64,000 nt of DNA from a virus (lineage: Duplodnaviria; Caudoviricetes), in IMG/VR virus record IMGVR_UViG_3300038345_000144. One strand, 5' to 3'. Below the pieces are notes generated by a model. The model searched no databases. It saw only the letters and a list, made by a program, of their open reading frames with translations, and was not told where the DNA came from. Numbering within the stretch: position 1 is the stretch's first letter; each line of letters starts with the position of its first letter. Shown in pieces: positions 48,691 to 59,627 of the stretch. The position numbers and the translations under genes are program-made.

Positions 48691-51600
48691 TCATTCTTCG
48701 GGATTTTCGTTAGAATTTCCCTCGATTGAGGCAGAATTAGCCTCGATAGCACTCTTTTTTTTGCCTTTTACGACAAATACCGTTGTAAGTCCAACAGCAC
48801 CTACTATGATGAGTGCTACAAGAGCCATAATAGGCATTGAGTCACCAGTCTTCGGTGTCGGAGGAATAATGATTGCTCTATCAAATACGCTGATAGGGAT
48901 AATCTCTTCCTTACCGTAGTCTGTTGTAGAAACAGGCTTAATCTGGTGCTTATCAGTGTTGAGGTTATAGCCAGCAGGGGCTTTGGTCTCCATAGCGTAA
49001 TATGTCTGACCCTCAACATATCTGATAACGAACTCAATCTTACCTTCGCTATTTGTTAAGCCTACGCAATCGTTACCGTTAACATCCTTTGCAACCTTAC
49101 CGTCGCCTGTGTAAACAGTGATTTCAGCGTTTGCAAGATAATACTTGACATTATCACGGTCCATCTTTGCAATAGAAACTCTCAAATAGTGAGGTCTATG
49201 GATTGTCTGATTTTCGTCATTCAAATCCTTGTGCATATCGAATACGAAGCCAGTCTTGGAAGTCAATGTCTCGAAAGCAACAATCTGGTTAGGCTTTACG
49301 AATTCCTGTTCACCAGTCTCTTCGTTAGTCCTGTAATAACCGAATGTGCCAGAGTCAACATCCTTGAACTCAACTACATAATCGCCGTCTGCGGTTTCAG
49401 GTACATAAGTGAGTGTCTGGGTGAGTGCTTCACCGCCCTCGCTTCTATACAACTGTGAACCTGTCTCTTGGTCAACGAGAGAAGCAGTTACATTGTAAGT
49501 CTCGCCAACTACGAGGTCGTGGTGATGAACTGTATCAGCATAAGTCTGTACTGTGTTATCAAGTACCAACTTGTTGTCGAAGTCGTCACCATCGTTCTCA
49601 CCCTTGACTACAAGGAGAGTTGTCTCAAGTTCAGGCTTGAAATCAATGTTCTGGTTCTGGTCGGTTACATCTTCGTGAGACGAAATCTGAATTTCCTTCT
49701 CAACCATAGGTGTAGTATCGTCGTTATCGTCGTCAACCATAGCCTTGCAGTACATATACTCGAAACATACAATCCTTACGGGCTGTCCGTCATTACAGAG
49801 TTTTGTACTGTCGATGTCAGAGAAGTAGACATATTCAGTGCCTTCTCTGGAAGTTGCTGTGAAAGTAGTATCGGAGTCACCGTCAAATAACTTCTCTCCA
49901 AGTGTACCGTCAGCCTTAACTTCCCAAATCTGACCTCTGAATGTGTACTCTGTTCCCTCGCTTGCGTTCTCGTAGTCCACCTTATCACGAATGACAACGG
50001 CTGTACCCAAAGAACCTCTGTGAGAGTTAGATGCTACATCAATGAGTGTTGTGTGAAGTGTAGGAGGTACGATAGTAACCGTCTGGTTCTCGTCCTTCAA
50101 ATCTTCGTGAACAGCAATCAAAGTGCCATCTGAAGCGTAAATTCTCTCGAAACATACAATCTTGATAGTTTCAAGTTTATTCTCGCTTGCGTTCCACTTA
50201 ACGAAGTCTACTGTATCTACCTCGAAAGGTACATTAGCAACACATTCGTTATGGTTCTCGGCAGTAGGTACGAACGATACTCTATTTGTGTAAGGCTTGT
50301 TAGTATCTCTGTCGATAAGTTTCTCACCAGTTTCGCCGTTAACAAGGACTGCTTCGGCGTAGTAAGTCTCACCAACATTGAGGTTAGTAGTCTTAACAGC
50401 ATCATTCATAGGAACATTCTCACCGATAGGTGTAAGGTGTGAACCAGAAACCGTATCAACGAATGTTGTAGTTACTGTCGGAGGTACGATTGTTACAGTT
50501 TCTAATGTGTCTGCAACATCGCAGTGGTCTGCTCTCTGTCCATCATAGATGTCAAAGTCGCTATCCCAGTCACAATATACATAAACTACAAGGTCTTTTG
50601 CAGTAAATGTTACTGTACCGTCTGCGTTCTCAACACCCTCAACGAGTTTAGCAGAGTTAACATTCTCGAAAGTTACCTTTGTTGTACCGTCTTTTGCTTC
50701 AGGTACGACGCTTACAGTTGCATTAGAGAGAACTGTATTGAGGTCATCCTTTGCATACAACTCTGCACGGAAAGTATATCTTCCAGTAGGAGCAAGGTTG
50801 TAATACTTGATAGTATCATCAAGACTTACTATATTACCTACTTCAAGAGTATGATTACCGTTATGAATTGATAATGCTTCGGTCTCAATCTTAATAGGAG
50901 CATTATACATAACAAAGTTCTGTACTTTTACTTCTACTACATTCTCAACAGGCTGTAACTGGTAGTCATCATCCATATAGAGTTCTGCCTTACCACTTGC
51001 GTCAACCTGCATATCAGGATATTCGATTGCGAAAATTGCTTGGTCGGGCTTAACCGTAGGCTCACCATTTGCATCTGCGAATGAGTAACCATAAGGAAGT
51101 TTAGACTCAACTACAACATAATTTCTATGCTCGAACTGTCCTGTTGTGCTATTCCAAACGTGATATGCTCTCAACGGGTCGGAAACATACTTACCCTGTG
51201 CATCGTCCCACCATACTCTTGCCTGACGATATGTGCCAAGTGGCTTACCGTCAACATAGACTTGGTTGCCGTTTGCATCGAGTTGGTTCTGCCAGTTACC
51301 ATCGACATCATAGTAGCCGAGGGCAATCTGCTCGAACATCTGCTTGCCGTTTGCATCGAGTTGAGGCTCGAATGTCATAGCGATTTCATCCTGCTCGTCC
51401 CACTCACCTTCTACTGAACCATTATCATAGTAGATAGTAAATTCAGCGTTCTTGATAGGCTCCTTTGTTTCAGAGTCTAACTTCTCGATTGTGATAGGTG
51501 CAGAATATGGTTCGTCATACAACTTAACTTCAAAGATGTCATCTGTAATAGAACCGTTATTGTTGAGGTCATAAATAGTAACAAATCTATAACCTGTGTC

Positions 51601-54600
51601 AAGATAGTAACCGTCAGCAGTGATGATTTCTCTTACTGCATACTGTCCAGACTTCAAGCCGTTGAAAGCAACGATACCAGAATGAGGACGGTCAACGATA
51701 GTTCTTACATTATCCTTCTCTGCTCCAGTGATTTTACCATCTTTGTTGGTATCACTATAAAGTTCGAAGCGGATAGCATAATTACCCTCGTAAGGTCTCT
51801 TTTCGCCTGTGAACGGGTCAATGACGATAGGCTCGCCTGTCCAAGTATCATACTTGTTAGCATATACAGGGACATCCATTACATTAACGACATAGAATAC
51901 CTCTTCTGTCTGGTCAACTAACTTAACAGTTGCTCTTGCTTGAGGGTCGGCTCCTCTATTAGAGTGGAAACGAACCTCCATATTATTAGTGTTCTCGCTG
52001 ATACGATACCAACCAGCAGGAATATCCTCAAGGTGAATGTTACCGTTTATATCAGTAAGTCTAATAATATAAGTATGTGGCATTTCGTTATAGGCAGGCA
52101 TACCGATTGCTTCCATTTCGGAAGAGTCCATATCCCAATAAGCCTTATCGAGATTTCCACCGTACTCGAACAAGAACTCATAACCTGCAAGGCTGTTTCT
52201 GTCATCGGTGTTATCCTCTGACCATACCTTGTTAAGGTCAATGTCTCCATACATTAAGTGGTTCTGTACTGCGTAAGTTACGCTGTCCTCACCAACAGCC
52301 ATCTTATGTGCTGTATCTTCAGGTGAGTCAAAGTGCATTTCCCACATAGTATTGAAGTAACTGCTCTGTGTCCAAGAACTGCTGTTGTAAATCTGTGCAG
52401 TTGTTGAAGTAGCAACATTCGGATAAGGAATACTGCTTGCAGTACGAGGTGTGTTTACACGGCTTGTTGTACCATTCTGTGCTGTGACAATCTCGTAAAT
52501 CTCGCCTGCGATGTCATAAACACCGTTAGATGCAGGAGGGTTAGAGTCATTATCATTGTCATAAGCATATTCAGGTACTTCGAAGATTTCATAGATATAG
52601 TATGTCTTATCATATACTAATCCATAAAGTCTATCCCAACCGTCAGGAAGAGCGTTTCCTGCACTGTCGTACCACTGGTCTTCACCAAACTCATAGTAAC
52701 CAACGAGGTTAGTTTGAGCCTTCATATAGTCTTTCAAGAGGTTCTGACCATTCTTCTTTGCTTCCTTCAACTGTGCCATTGTGAATGTCGGATAACCACC
52801 AGCAAGAGGACCACTTGTGATAAAGAAAGTCGTTGTATTGATGTCAAAGTGATAATCCGTAGAGTCATTCTGACCGTTGTTGTTAACATCGAGGAAAGGT
52901 GTATCAGTAGACTTGAAGACCTTGCCACTCATCGAGTCTTCATAATAGAAGTTATCAATGTTATTAGAAATAACAATGTTCTTGCCCTCATACTGTGCCT
53001 GTCCGTCGTCAGAGTAGTTGTGACTCTGATGAGCGTGGTAGTTAGTAATTTGAACACTATAAGGTGTTGCAATCTGACCACCAGACATTGTGTATGTGAG
53101 TGTACCGATGTGTGTTGTCTGTGAAACATTTGTCAAATCAATCTGGACTGTGTAAACACTTTCAGTATCTAACAATTCAGTCTGGTTCTGTTCAGGAATG
53201 TTCCATTCGTTACCGTTGTTGTCCCTCAAGATTGTAGGGGCTTTTGTTTCCTTTACATAAACCTTCTCATTGTAGTTGAATAAGAGGTCTCCACTCTCAC
53301 TTACAGTGTAACTTGTAGGAGAGAATGTGAGGTAATCACGCAAATTACCTGCCTGTGTAGAAACATAGTGACCATCATTATTGTCGGTTAATGTCATAAT
53401 AGGCTGTGTGCAAGCCTCATCATAATAGAGAGTGAACTCTGCACCAATATATGTCCAACCATTATAAGCCTTCTTATTGAGATAGAAGTCAAACTCGGCA
53501 TTTGATGGATAGTCGGTTGCTTGAACCTTTACGATTTCTACATCAGTTGGCTCTTCGCCAGAAGCGACATCCAATTCGTGACAAGCAGTTACAGTAAAGT
53601 TCAACTTTTCACCCTGTACGCCAGAAGTGAAGTTATAGTACATACCACCGTAGAACATAGACTGGTTAACTGTCTGTCCTACAAACTGTGTGATAAGTGT
53701 ACCAGAGTTTGTTGTACCGTCAGGGTAAGTACCAGCGTTAGCAATATCGTTAGTCTCCGTAGGTCTAATTTCCGTTGCATAGAAATCACCAGTAGGAAGT
53801 CTGAAATACTGTGAACCGCCTGTAAGTCTTACAATAGGTGCAACATTCTCATCAGGCTTGATGTCATCAGGATAAGTAACAGACTTCATTTTACCATATT
53901 CGTCAAGGACTACAACAGCATAAAGTTTGTTCTCTGCCTGTGAGTAAATACCATAAACAGTATTATCAATAGAAGTTCCTTGTTTATAACCGTTAAGAGG
54001 TGCATTTACACCAGTAGGAAGGATATTTTCCTTCTCAATTGCGGCATAACCATAAACTACCTTATCGTTGAATGTTACACAAAGACTATCTGCCTGTGCA
54101 GGGTACTGACGAACATAGAGAGTGTTTCCCATAGGACCATTATTAGTCTCGTTATTATAGAAATACAACTGCTCTAAAGGTTCATCAGGCTGTCCATTTA
54201 CTGCCTGTGAAACTACCATACCAAACAAAGGTGTGTTGTTGAGATAATAGAACTCATTTGTAGAAGTTTCTCTAACAATATAAGTACCAAATCTCATAGG
54301 AGGTTGACCTTGAGTAAGGGCAAATTTAGGGCAAGTAAGTCCGTTAATTGTGACCATACCATAGTCTTTTGTTCCCTGACCTGTGCAAGTAAGTGTAGTA
54401 GTGTCAGTAGGTGTATGTGTGTCAAAGTATTCCTTTAATGCAGTAGAGTCATTATAAACTCTAATATTCTCTGTTACAGAATTTGCATCATAGAAATAAT
54501 CATCATAATAGTAAACAGTAAACTGAATACCATCAGTAGTTGCGGCAGAAGGAGCGTTTACTTCGTCCCACTGCTCATCGTCTTCCTTCTTAACCTTCTG

Positions 54601-57600
54601 CTGGATAGGGTCTCCATCAGGGTCATCCTTTACTAATACGCAGATAACAGCACCATCGTCAGCAACTCCACCGCCCTGAACAGGGTAAGTAGGGTCGTAG
54701 AACGCAGTTGTATAGTCTACTGCGTGTGGGTTAAAGTCATAAAGATAACCACTGTTGTAGTTATAACCATTAAAGTTACGAACAGGAAGAGTTCCATCGT
54801 TCTCATAAACATTCCAGTTATTAGCAACAATATCATCTACTGTTAACTTAATAGCCTGTGTCTGACCACCAGTTTGACCCATAGGCTGTGTAAACTGATA
54901 TGTCTTGTTGTTACCTTCCATACGGAAAGTAAGACCTTCCATAGAGTAACAATTTGTGTAAGAACGGCTGTTTGCAGACTCTTTTGCTACATAAACATAG
55001 AGGTTAGTGATTACAGGAATGTCAAGACCGTTAACGTGGTATTGAGCATTGTATCTCTTAAACTGACCTTCAATCTGGTTCTGCTGGTTGCTATGAGAAT
55101 ATACCCAAACTTGATAATCATACCACTGTGAGTATGGAGTACCACTCGGATAAGTAAATGTGTTATCTACTGCCTGACCACCACCAAATGTGATAGTAGC
55201 ACCAGCACCAAGCACACCAAAGTTAATTGCACTTATGTTAGTTGCATCAATTGTGATGTTCCAATCACTATAAGTAACACGAAGTCCTGTATTAGCAGTA
55301 TTGATAGTATCAATATACTGAATAAGTGCCTTCTGTGCATCAGGAGCAACATCATCAGAATTAACAACCTTATTACCTGTGTGCTTATCAATAACACTTA
55401 CAGGAAGTGTATAAGTCTGACCAGGAATGATAAGAAGTTTACCATCAACAAGTGTCTGACCAGTATAGTCAATAGCAATATCATAGGTAACCTTTGTATC
55501 AAAAGTACCAGAATTGCTAAAACTACTTTCATTAGGAACACCTACTTCGGTTCCCCTAACAGAAATACCAGCACCATCACATAAGTATTCCCAAACCCAA
55601 GCCTGTTTTTCATCGTTATCATAAGAAGAATAACCTAAAACAAGTGAGATGTCGTGAACATTATCGTGATTATTAGCAGTATCATAAGGCAAATAAGAAA
55701 CCTTTGTACTCTTTGCATCAGGTTCAGCATATTCAGCAAAACCCATAACTCTATAAGGGTGTTCAGTGTGTCCATTTACTGTGGCAGTAGGATATGTTTC
55801 GTGCGGTTGAGCACAATATGTTCTATTTGTGTGATTTCCAGAACTATTGAAACCATTACCATATCCATCGTACCAACCACTACCATCTACACGAACAGCA
55901 TAACCATTTCTTTGCTTATTACCAATGATTGACTCATTAAGATTATCGGCAATAGTCTGATAATTAACTGTTTCAGTAGAAGATGATACACCTTCACCAA
56001 CGAACTTGTACGACTTTGTTCCTAAGTTATACAAGCCTCTTAAAGTCTGGTTGGCTCCCTGTGTAGTTAATCCGTGGTTAGTATCACTTACCGTTGCGTG
56101 GAACTGAATATTCCACTTATGCTCCATCTTATAATCCCAAGTCATAAAGACATTGTAAACATCTCCATATTCTTGAGCATAAATAGTACCGTGAGATATA
56201 TTGAAATCATATGTTGCTTTATGACTGTCTACAACAATACCTGTTATATCATCAATATCATTAGCAACATCATTAGTTCTACTCTGGTTAACAGATTGAG
56301 CACTATCACAAATATCCTTAAATACATCGCTAATATGGTTATAGTCTGCCATAATGGAATTACGCTCAATATCAATAGCGATGGCTCTATCGGAGTACGA
56401 TGCTGGAATATTATTCTGTCTTCGATACTCATTTATTTGGGCTTTAGTAACTTGGTGTGTATAAGGATTACCTGTGGATTGACCTGAACGACCAATAACA
56501 CCATCACCACTATTATCAAGTGAACCTGAAATAGTAACTTTAGTGCCATTATATGTTGTTTTATTTATTCCTAAAACATCTTCATCTTCTGGCTCGTAGG
56601 TATATTGAGTACCTGTGCTATAAAAAGTATTTCTATTTGCACAGCCAAGTCCCCAATAATCTGTATTATAGTCATCAGGAATTTCTGGCTCATCATCAAC
56701 AATAGGTGTGAGTGAGAAATTTTCCCAATAAGATACAGTATTTGAAATCTTACCTGCAATAAAAAGTGAAGCCGCATCTGAAGTAGAGTCAGCAACTACA
56801 TAATAATTAGCGTCAAAGTTAGACAATACATTCTTTGTACGGTCTGCATTAACAGCACCAATTGAATATGTAGCACAATTAGCAGGAATATACTCGCTTG
56901 CAGACTTATTGTTGTTACCTGCGGAAGCGACTACTGTAATGCCCTGTGTCTTACATTCCTCAATAAGAGACTTAAATGCGTCATATTCACCATTATCTCT
57001 TACAGAAATAGCAAGGAGAATATAATCTACATTCATTTCCTTTGCGAACTGAACAGCATTGTAAACATCAGAAATATTACCGTGACCGTCATCGCCAATG
57101 GCTTTGATTGAAATAATATAAGCGTCACTTGTATTGTTAAGAATGTTATTTACCATTCTTGTACCGTGACCGTTTCTATCATATCCATCATCACCATCAA
57201 GAATACAATAAGCCTCATTTGCAAGGTCGGAACCTGTATCAATAACGGCAACCTTAACAGTAGCGTCAGGGTTGATTTCAGCGTTACCATAACCAACAGA
57301 ACCAGTACCACAAACGGCTACATCACCGTCGATAGAATACTCATAACCCTTGTTTGCACAATAAGTAATGGCATTAAGATACTGTGACTGGTCAACAAAA
57401 CTAATTACATAAGTACCGTCAAAGTAAACACCAAAATCAGGATTAAGGTCCTTACTAATATCAGCCTTTGTGTTGATGATAAGTTTTGTACCAGACATTC
57501 CTGTGATATAGGTTACAAACTCTTCAAAAGATGTTGCAAGAACAATATTTGAAGGCTTGACCGCCTCTATCTTTGTAAACTCATATTCGTTAGATGTGAG

Positions 57601-58302
57601 ATAAGTAACAGCGTTGTTGAAAGCCTCTTCTGTGTTGAAGCAGAAGCAGTATTCACCATTAAAATATCTACCATCATCAAATGTGAGTTCTGTGAGGTCA
57701 TCTGTTGTAACAACATAAATCTTCCAAACATCGGAACCAATGGAAGCGATAAAAGCGTCATATTCGCTACCAGTCTCACAAACAGGAACACAAGTAATCT
57801 CTACTTCAGGTGTTTCCGTAGGAGTAGGTGTAGGAGTCTCGGAAGGCTCTGTTGTTTCAGAAGGCTCTGTGGTCTCTGATGTTTCGGAACTTTCAGTAGG
57901 CTCTGTTGCTTCAGTTGTTTCTGAAGGCTCTACTGTTGTAGGCTCCTCTGTATCAGAAGGCTCTGTTGCCTCTGTATTATCAGATGCCTCTGTTCCCTCT
58001 GTTGTAGGGGGAGCAGTCGAGTCGATACTATCTGAAGGTTCAGTAGTATCAATAACTGTTTCAGGTGTGGTCTCGTCAACAGGCTCCGAATACTCGGTTT
58101 CAGCCCCGTGTACTGGAGTGGTTTCAACAACAACCGTAGCCTGTGTACCGTCATCTGAATTTGCATTACTCTCAACAATCTGTGTCTCTGAAGGAGGAGT
58201 TATCTCATCGGCAATTACCTTTACTTCAGGGGCAATAGGAGCAAGTGCAATAACGGTAGCAAGAATACCTGATGTTATCTTCTTTCTAAAGTTTAATTGC
58301 AT
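48691..58302 (-). CDS. 3203-aa sortase-anchored adhesin: S8-like domain, thioester domain, SpaA-like domains, T-Q ester-bond (VaFE) repeats
   Basis: Signal peptide; TEPS linker; IDTG/HGT/SAGN/STS; YC..QAWVW; AEFTLY..ETKAP; HxDxxDxxQ x3; TPKTG-TM-KKK. Confidence 0.9.
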   Translation of the reverse strand: MQLNFRKKITSGILATVIALAPIAPEVKVIADEITPPSETQIVESNANSDDGTQATVVVETTPVHGAETEYSEPVDETTPETVIDTTEPSDSIDSTAPPTTEGTEASDNTEATEPSDTEEPTTVEPSETTEATEPTESSETSETTEPSETTEPSETPTPTPTETPEVEITCVPVCETGSEYDAFIASIGSDVWKIYVVTTDDLTELTFDDGRYFNGEYCFCFNTEEAFNNAVTYLTSNEYEFTKIEAVKPSNIVLATSFEEFVTYITGMSGTKLIINTKADISKDLNPDFGVYFDGTYVISFVDQSQYLNAITYCANKGYEYSIDGDVAVCGTGSVGYGNAEINPDATVKVAVIDTGSDLANEAYCILDGDDGYDRNGHGTRMVNNILNNTSDAYIISIKAIGDDGHGNISDVYNAVQFAKEMNVDYILLAISVRDNGEYDAFKSLIEECKTQGITVVASAGNNNKSASEYIPANCATYSIGAVNADRTKNVLSNFDANYYVVADSTSDAASLFIAGKISNTVSYWENFSLTPIVDDEPEIPDDYNTDYWGLGCANRNTFYSTGTQYTYEPEDEDVLGINKTTYNGTKVTISGSLDNSGDGVIGRSGQSTGNPYTHQVTKAQINEYRRQNNIPASYSDRAIAIDIERNSIMADYNHISDVFKDICDSAQSVNQSRTNDVANDIDDITGIVVDSHKATYDFNISHGTIYAQEYGDVYNVFMTWDYKMEHKWNIQFHATVSDTNHGLTTQGANQTLRGLYNLGTKSYKFVGEGVSSSTETVNYQTIADNLNESIIGNKQRNGYAVRVDGSGWYDGYGNGFNSSGNHTNRTYCAQPHETYPTATVNGHTEHPYRVMGFAEYAEPDAKSTKVSYLPYDTANNHDNVHDISLVLGYSSYDNDEKQAWVWEYLCDGAGISVRGTEVGVPNESSFSNSGTFDTKVTYDIAIDYTGQTLVDGKLLIIPGQTYTLPVSVIDKHTGNKVVNSDDVAPDAQKALIQYIDTINTANTGLRVTYSDWNITIDATNISAINFGVLGAGATITFGGGQAVDNTFTYPSGTPYSQWYDYQVWVYSHSNQQNQIEGQFKRYNAQYHVNGLDIPVITNLYVYVAKESANSRSYTNCYSMEGLTFRMEGNNKTYQFTQPMGQTGGQTQAIKLTVDDIVANNWNVYENDGTLPVRNFNGYNYNSGYLYDFNPHAVDYTTAFYDPTYPVQGGGVADDGAVICVLVKDDPDGDPIQQKVKKEDDEQWDEVNAPSAATTDGIQFTVYYYDDYFYDANSVTENIRVYNDSTALKEYFDTHTPTDTTTLTCTGQGTKDYGMVTINGLTCPKFALTQGQPPMRFGTYIVRETSTNEFYYLNNTPLFGMVVSQAVNGQPDEPLEQLYFYNNETNNGPMGNTLYVRQYPAQADSLCVTFNDKVVYGYAAIEKENILPTGVNAPLNGYKQGTSIDNTVYGIYSQAENKLYAVVVLDEYGKMKSVTYPDDIKPDENVAPIVRLTGGSQYFRLPTGDFYATEIRPTETNDIANAGTYPDGTTNSGTLITQFVGQTVNQSMFYGGMYYNFTSGVQGEKLNFTVTACHELDVASGEEPTDVEIVKVQATDYPSNAEFDFYLNKKAYNGWTYIGAEFTLYYDEACTQPIMTLTDNNDGHYVSTQAGNLRDYLTFSPTSYTVSESGDLLFNYNEKVYVKETKAPTILRDNNGNEWNIPEQNQTELLDTESVYTVQIDLTNVSQTTHIGTLTYTMSGGQIATPYSVQITNYHAHQSHNYSDDGQAQYEGKNIVISNNIDNFYYEDSMSGKVFKSTDTPFLDVNNNGQNDSTDYHFDINTTTFFITSGPLAGGYPTFTMAQLKEAKKNGQNLLKDYMKAQTNLVGYYEFGEDQWYDSAGNALPDGWDRLYGLVYDKTYYIYEIFEVPEYAYDNDNDSNPPASNGVYDIAGEIYEIVTAQNGTTSRVNTPRTASSIPYPNVATSTTAQIYNSSSWTQSSYFNTMWEMHFDSPEDTAHKMAVGEDSVTYAVQNHLMYGDIDLNKVWSEDNTDDRNSLAGYEFLFEYGGNLDKAYWDMDSSEMEAIGMPAYNEMPHTYIIRLTDINGNIHLEDIPAGWYRISENTNNMEVRFHSNRGADPQARATVKLVDQTEEVFYVVNVMDVPVYANKYDTWTGEPIVIDPFTGEKRPYEGNYAIRFELYSDTNKDGKITGAEKDNVRTIVDRPHSGIVAFNGLKSGQYAVREIITADGYYLDTGYRFVTIYDLNNNGSITDDIFEVKLYDEPYSAPITIEKLDSETKEPIKNAEFTIYYDNGSVEGEWDEQDEIAMTFEPQLDANGKQMFEQIALGYYDVDGNWQNQLDANGNQVYVDGKPLGTYRQARVWWDDAQGKYVSDPLRAYHVWNSTTGQFEHRNYVVVESKLPYGYSFADANGEPTVKPDQAIFAIEYPDMQVDASGKAELYMDDDYQLQPVENVVEVKVQNFVMYNAPIKIETEALSIHNGNHTLEVGNIVSLDDTIKYYNLAPTGRYTFRAELYAKDDLNTVLSNATVSVVPEAKDGTTKVTFENVNSAKLVEGVENADGTVTFTAKDLVVYVYCDWDSDFDIYDGQRADHCDVADTLETVTIVPPTVTTTFVDTVSGSHLTPIGENVPMNDAVKTTNLNVGETYYAEAVLVNGETGEKLIDRDTNKPYTNRVSFVPTAENHNECVANVPFEVDTVDFVKWNASENKLETIKIVCFERIYASDGTLIAVHEDLKDENQTVTIVPPTLHTTLIDVASNSHRGSLGTAVVIRDKVDYENASEGTEYTFRGQIWEVKADGTLGEKLFDGDSDTTFTATSREGTEYVYFSDIDSTKLCNDGQPVRIVCFEYMYCKAMVDDDNDDTTPMVEKEIQISSHEDVTDQNQNIDFKPELETTLLVVKGENDGDDFDNKLVLDNTVQTYADTVHHHDLVVGETYNVTASLVDQETGSQLYRSEGGEALTQTLTYVPETADGDYVVEFKDVDSGTFGYYRTNEETGEQEFVKPNQIVAFETLTSKTGFVFDMHKDLNDENQTIHRPHYLRVSIAKMDRDNVKYYLANAEITVYTGDGKVAKDVNGNDCVGLTNSEGKIEFVIRYVEGQTYYAMETKAPAGYNLNTDKHQIKPVSTTDYGKEEIIPISVFDRAIIIPPTPKTGDSMPIMALVALIIVGAVGLTTVFVVKGKKKSAIEANSASIEGNSNENPEE

Positions 58303-58796
58303 TTCGAAATTACCTCAATTCTTTCTTTAATCTTTGCAAAAATTAAAAAGTATTAGTAGTTCTTTCGTTAGTGTCTTATAAAATCCTCGCTCAAATGGTT
58401 TGTATTGGTCTTACCACTAACTATAAGTTACTTGCCATCGAACTCTCTACTGCATTATGCCTACATTAGTAAACATTCATTATCACTTCCTTTCAAATGC
58501 TCTTTACATTCACATATATAAATAGCCTTTCATTTATAACATAACTATATCTCTATTGTAAACCCATAGAGCGAACATTTTTAGAGATTTTTGTATGATA
58601 TATGTCAAAAGGCTATAAAAAGTTAAGATTTTGGGTTGGGATTTGTCCCCCAACACACAATTTGTTTGTCGGCTGTAATTTCAGGCAGGGTCAGAGAAAA
58701 TAGGCTTTCAATAAATCCTTTGTCAGAACAACCTCCGTAATACGGAGGAAAACGACCCACCGTGAAACTACATATTTCTCTACCAAAATCTTAAGC

Positions 58797-58830
58797 AAGA
58801 AAAAGCCCTTGAGGAAATCTCTCAAGGGCT
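58797..58830 (-). terminator. intrinsic terminator
   Basis: Perfect 10-bp stem AGCCCTTGAG/CTCAAGGGCT then TTTTCTT. Confidence 0.75.
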
Positions 58831-58915
58831 GTTGTTTCAGTCAAGTATTATTATGTGAGATTACCTAAACAATAAGTATATAAACTTATTATATATAAAT
58901 AGTCGTTAATTCGTA

Positions 58916-59536
58916 TTAAGCACAACGAACAGCAATATGATACATTACTGTGCTTCCAGATGTTGCATTAGTTAAAGTAACTAAATAATAGTAACCTGTT
59001 TCAACCAATTCTGAAGGAATAGTCATTGTATATGTGCCATCACTATTTTCAAGAGTACACTTATCAGTAATGCCTTCTACACCTTCCAATTCAAGACGAT
59101 TAGCAACCTTAAGAGCAATCTCGTCATTCATTAAAGTAGAACCTGTGGCTTCTGTAAACTTTGCTACTGCATAAAGCGTATAAGTTTCAGAGGACTTGAA
59201 GGAGAATGTGATATTCTGACCTGCCTCATAAATAGGTCTGTCAGGATATTCAAAACCATTATCCTCGGCTACTGTCAAACGAGCAGAACCCCAATCAAAA
59301 TTAGAAGCACCTTCTACCTCTGCATAATTATCAGGAGTAAACGGATTTTCCTTTGTTGTTTCTACTGTGGTCTCTGAAGGAGTTGTCTCCGACTCTGAAG
59401 GAGTGGTTTCTGTTTCAGTAACCGTTGTAGTAGGCTCTGTTGTAACTGTTGTAGGTGTGGGCTGACCACAAGCCGTAACTCCAAATACCATAGCACCGAT
59501 AAGTGCTGTTGCTGTTAACATTCTAAACTTTCTCAT
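58916..59536 (-). CDS. lipoprotein with Thr/Glu-rich linker
   Basis: VTAC lipobox. Confidence 0.85.
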   Translation of the reverse strand: MRKFRMLTATALIGAMVFGVTACGQPTPTTVTTEPTTTVTETETTPSESETTPSETTVETTKENPFTPDNYAEVEGASNFDWGSARLTVAEDNGFEYPDRPIYEAGQNITFSFKSSETYTLYAVAKFTEATGSTLMNDEIALKVANRLELEGVEGITDKCTLENSDGTYTMTIPSELVETGYYYLVTLTNATSGSTVMYHIAVRCA

Positions 59537-59627
59537 TTTTATTTCCTTTCTCTATGCCCCAGTTGGGCTAACACCAATGGTGTTTTTAACTTTTGTTTGC
59601 AACCCCCGTAATACGGGGAACTTTCTT

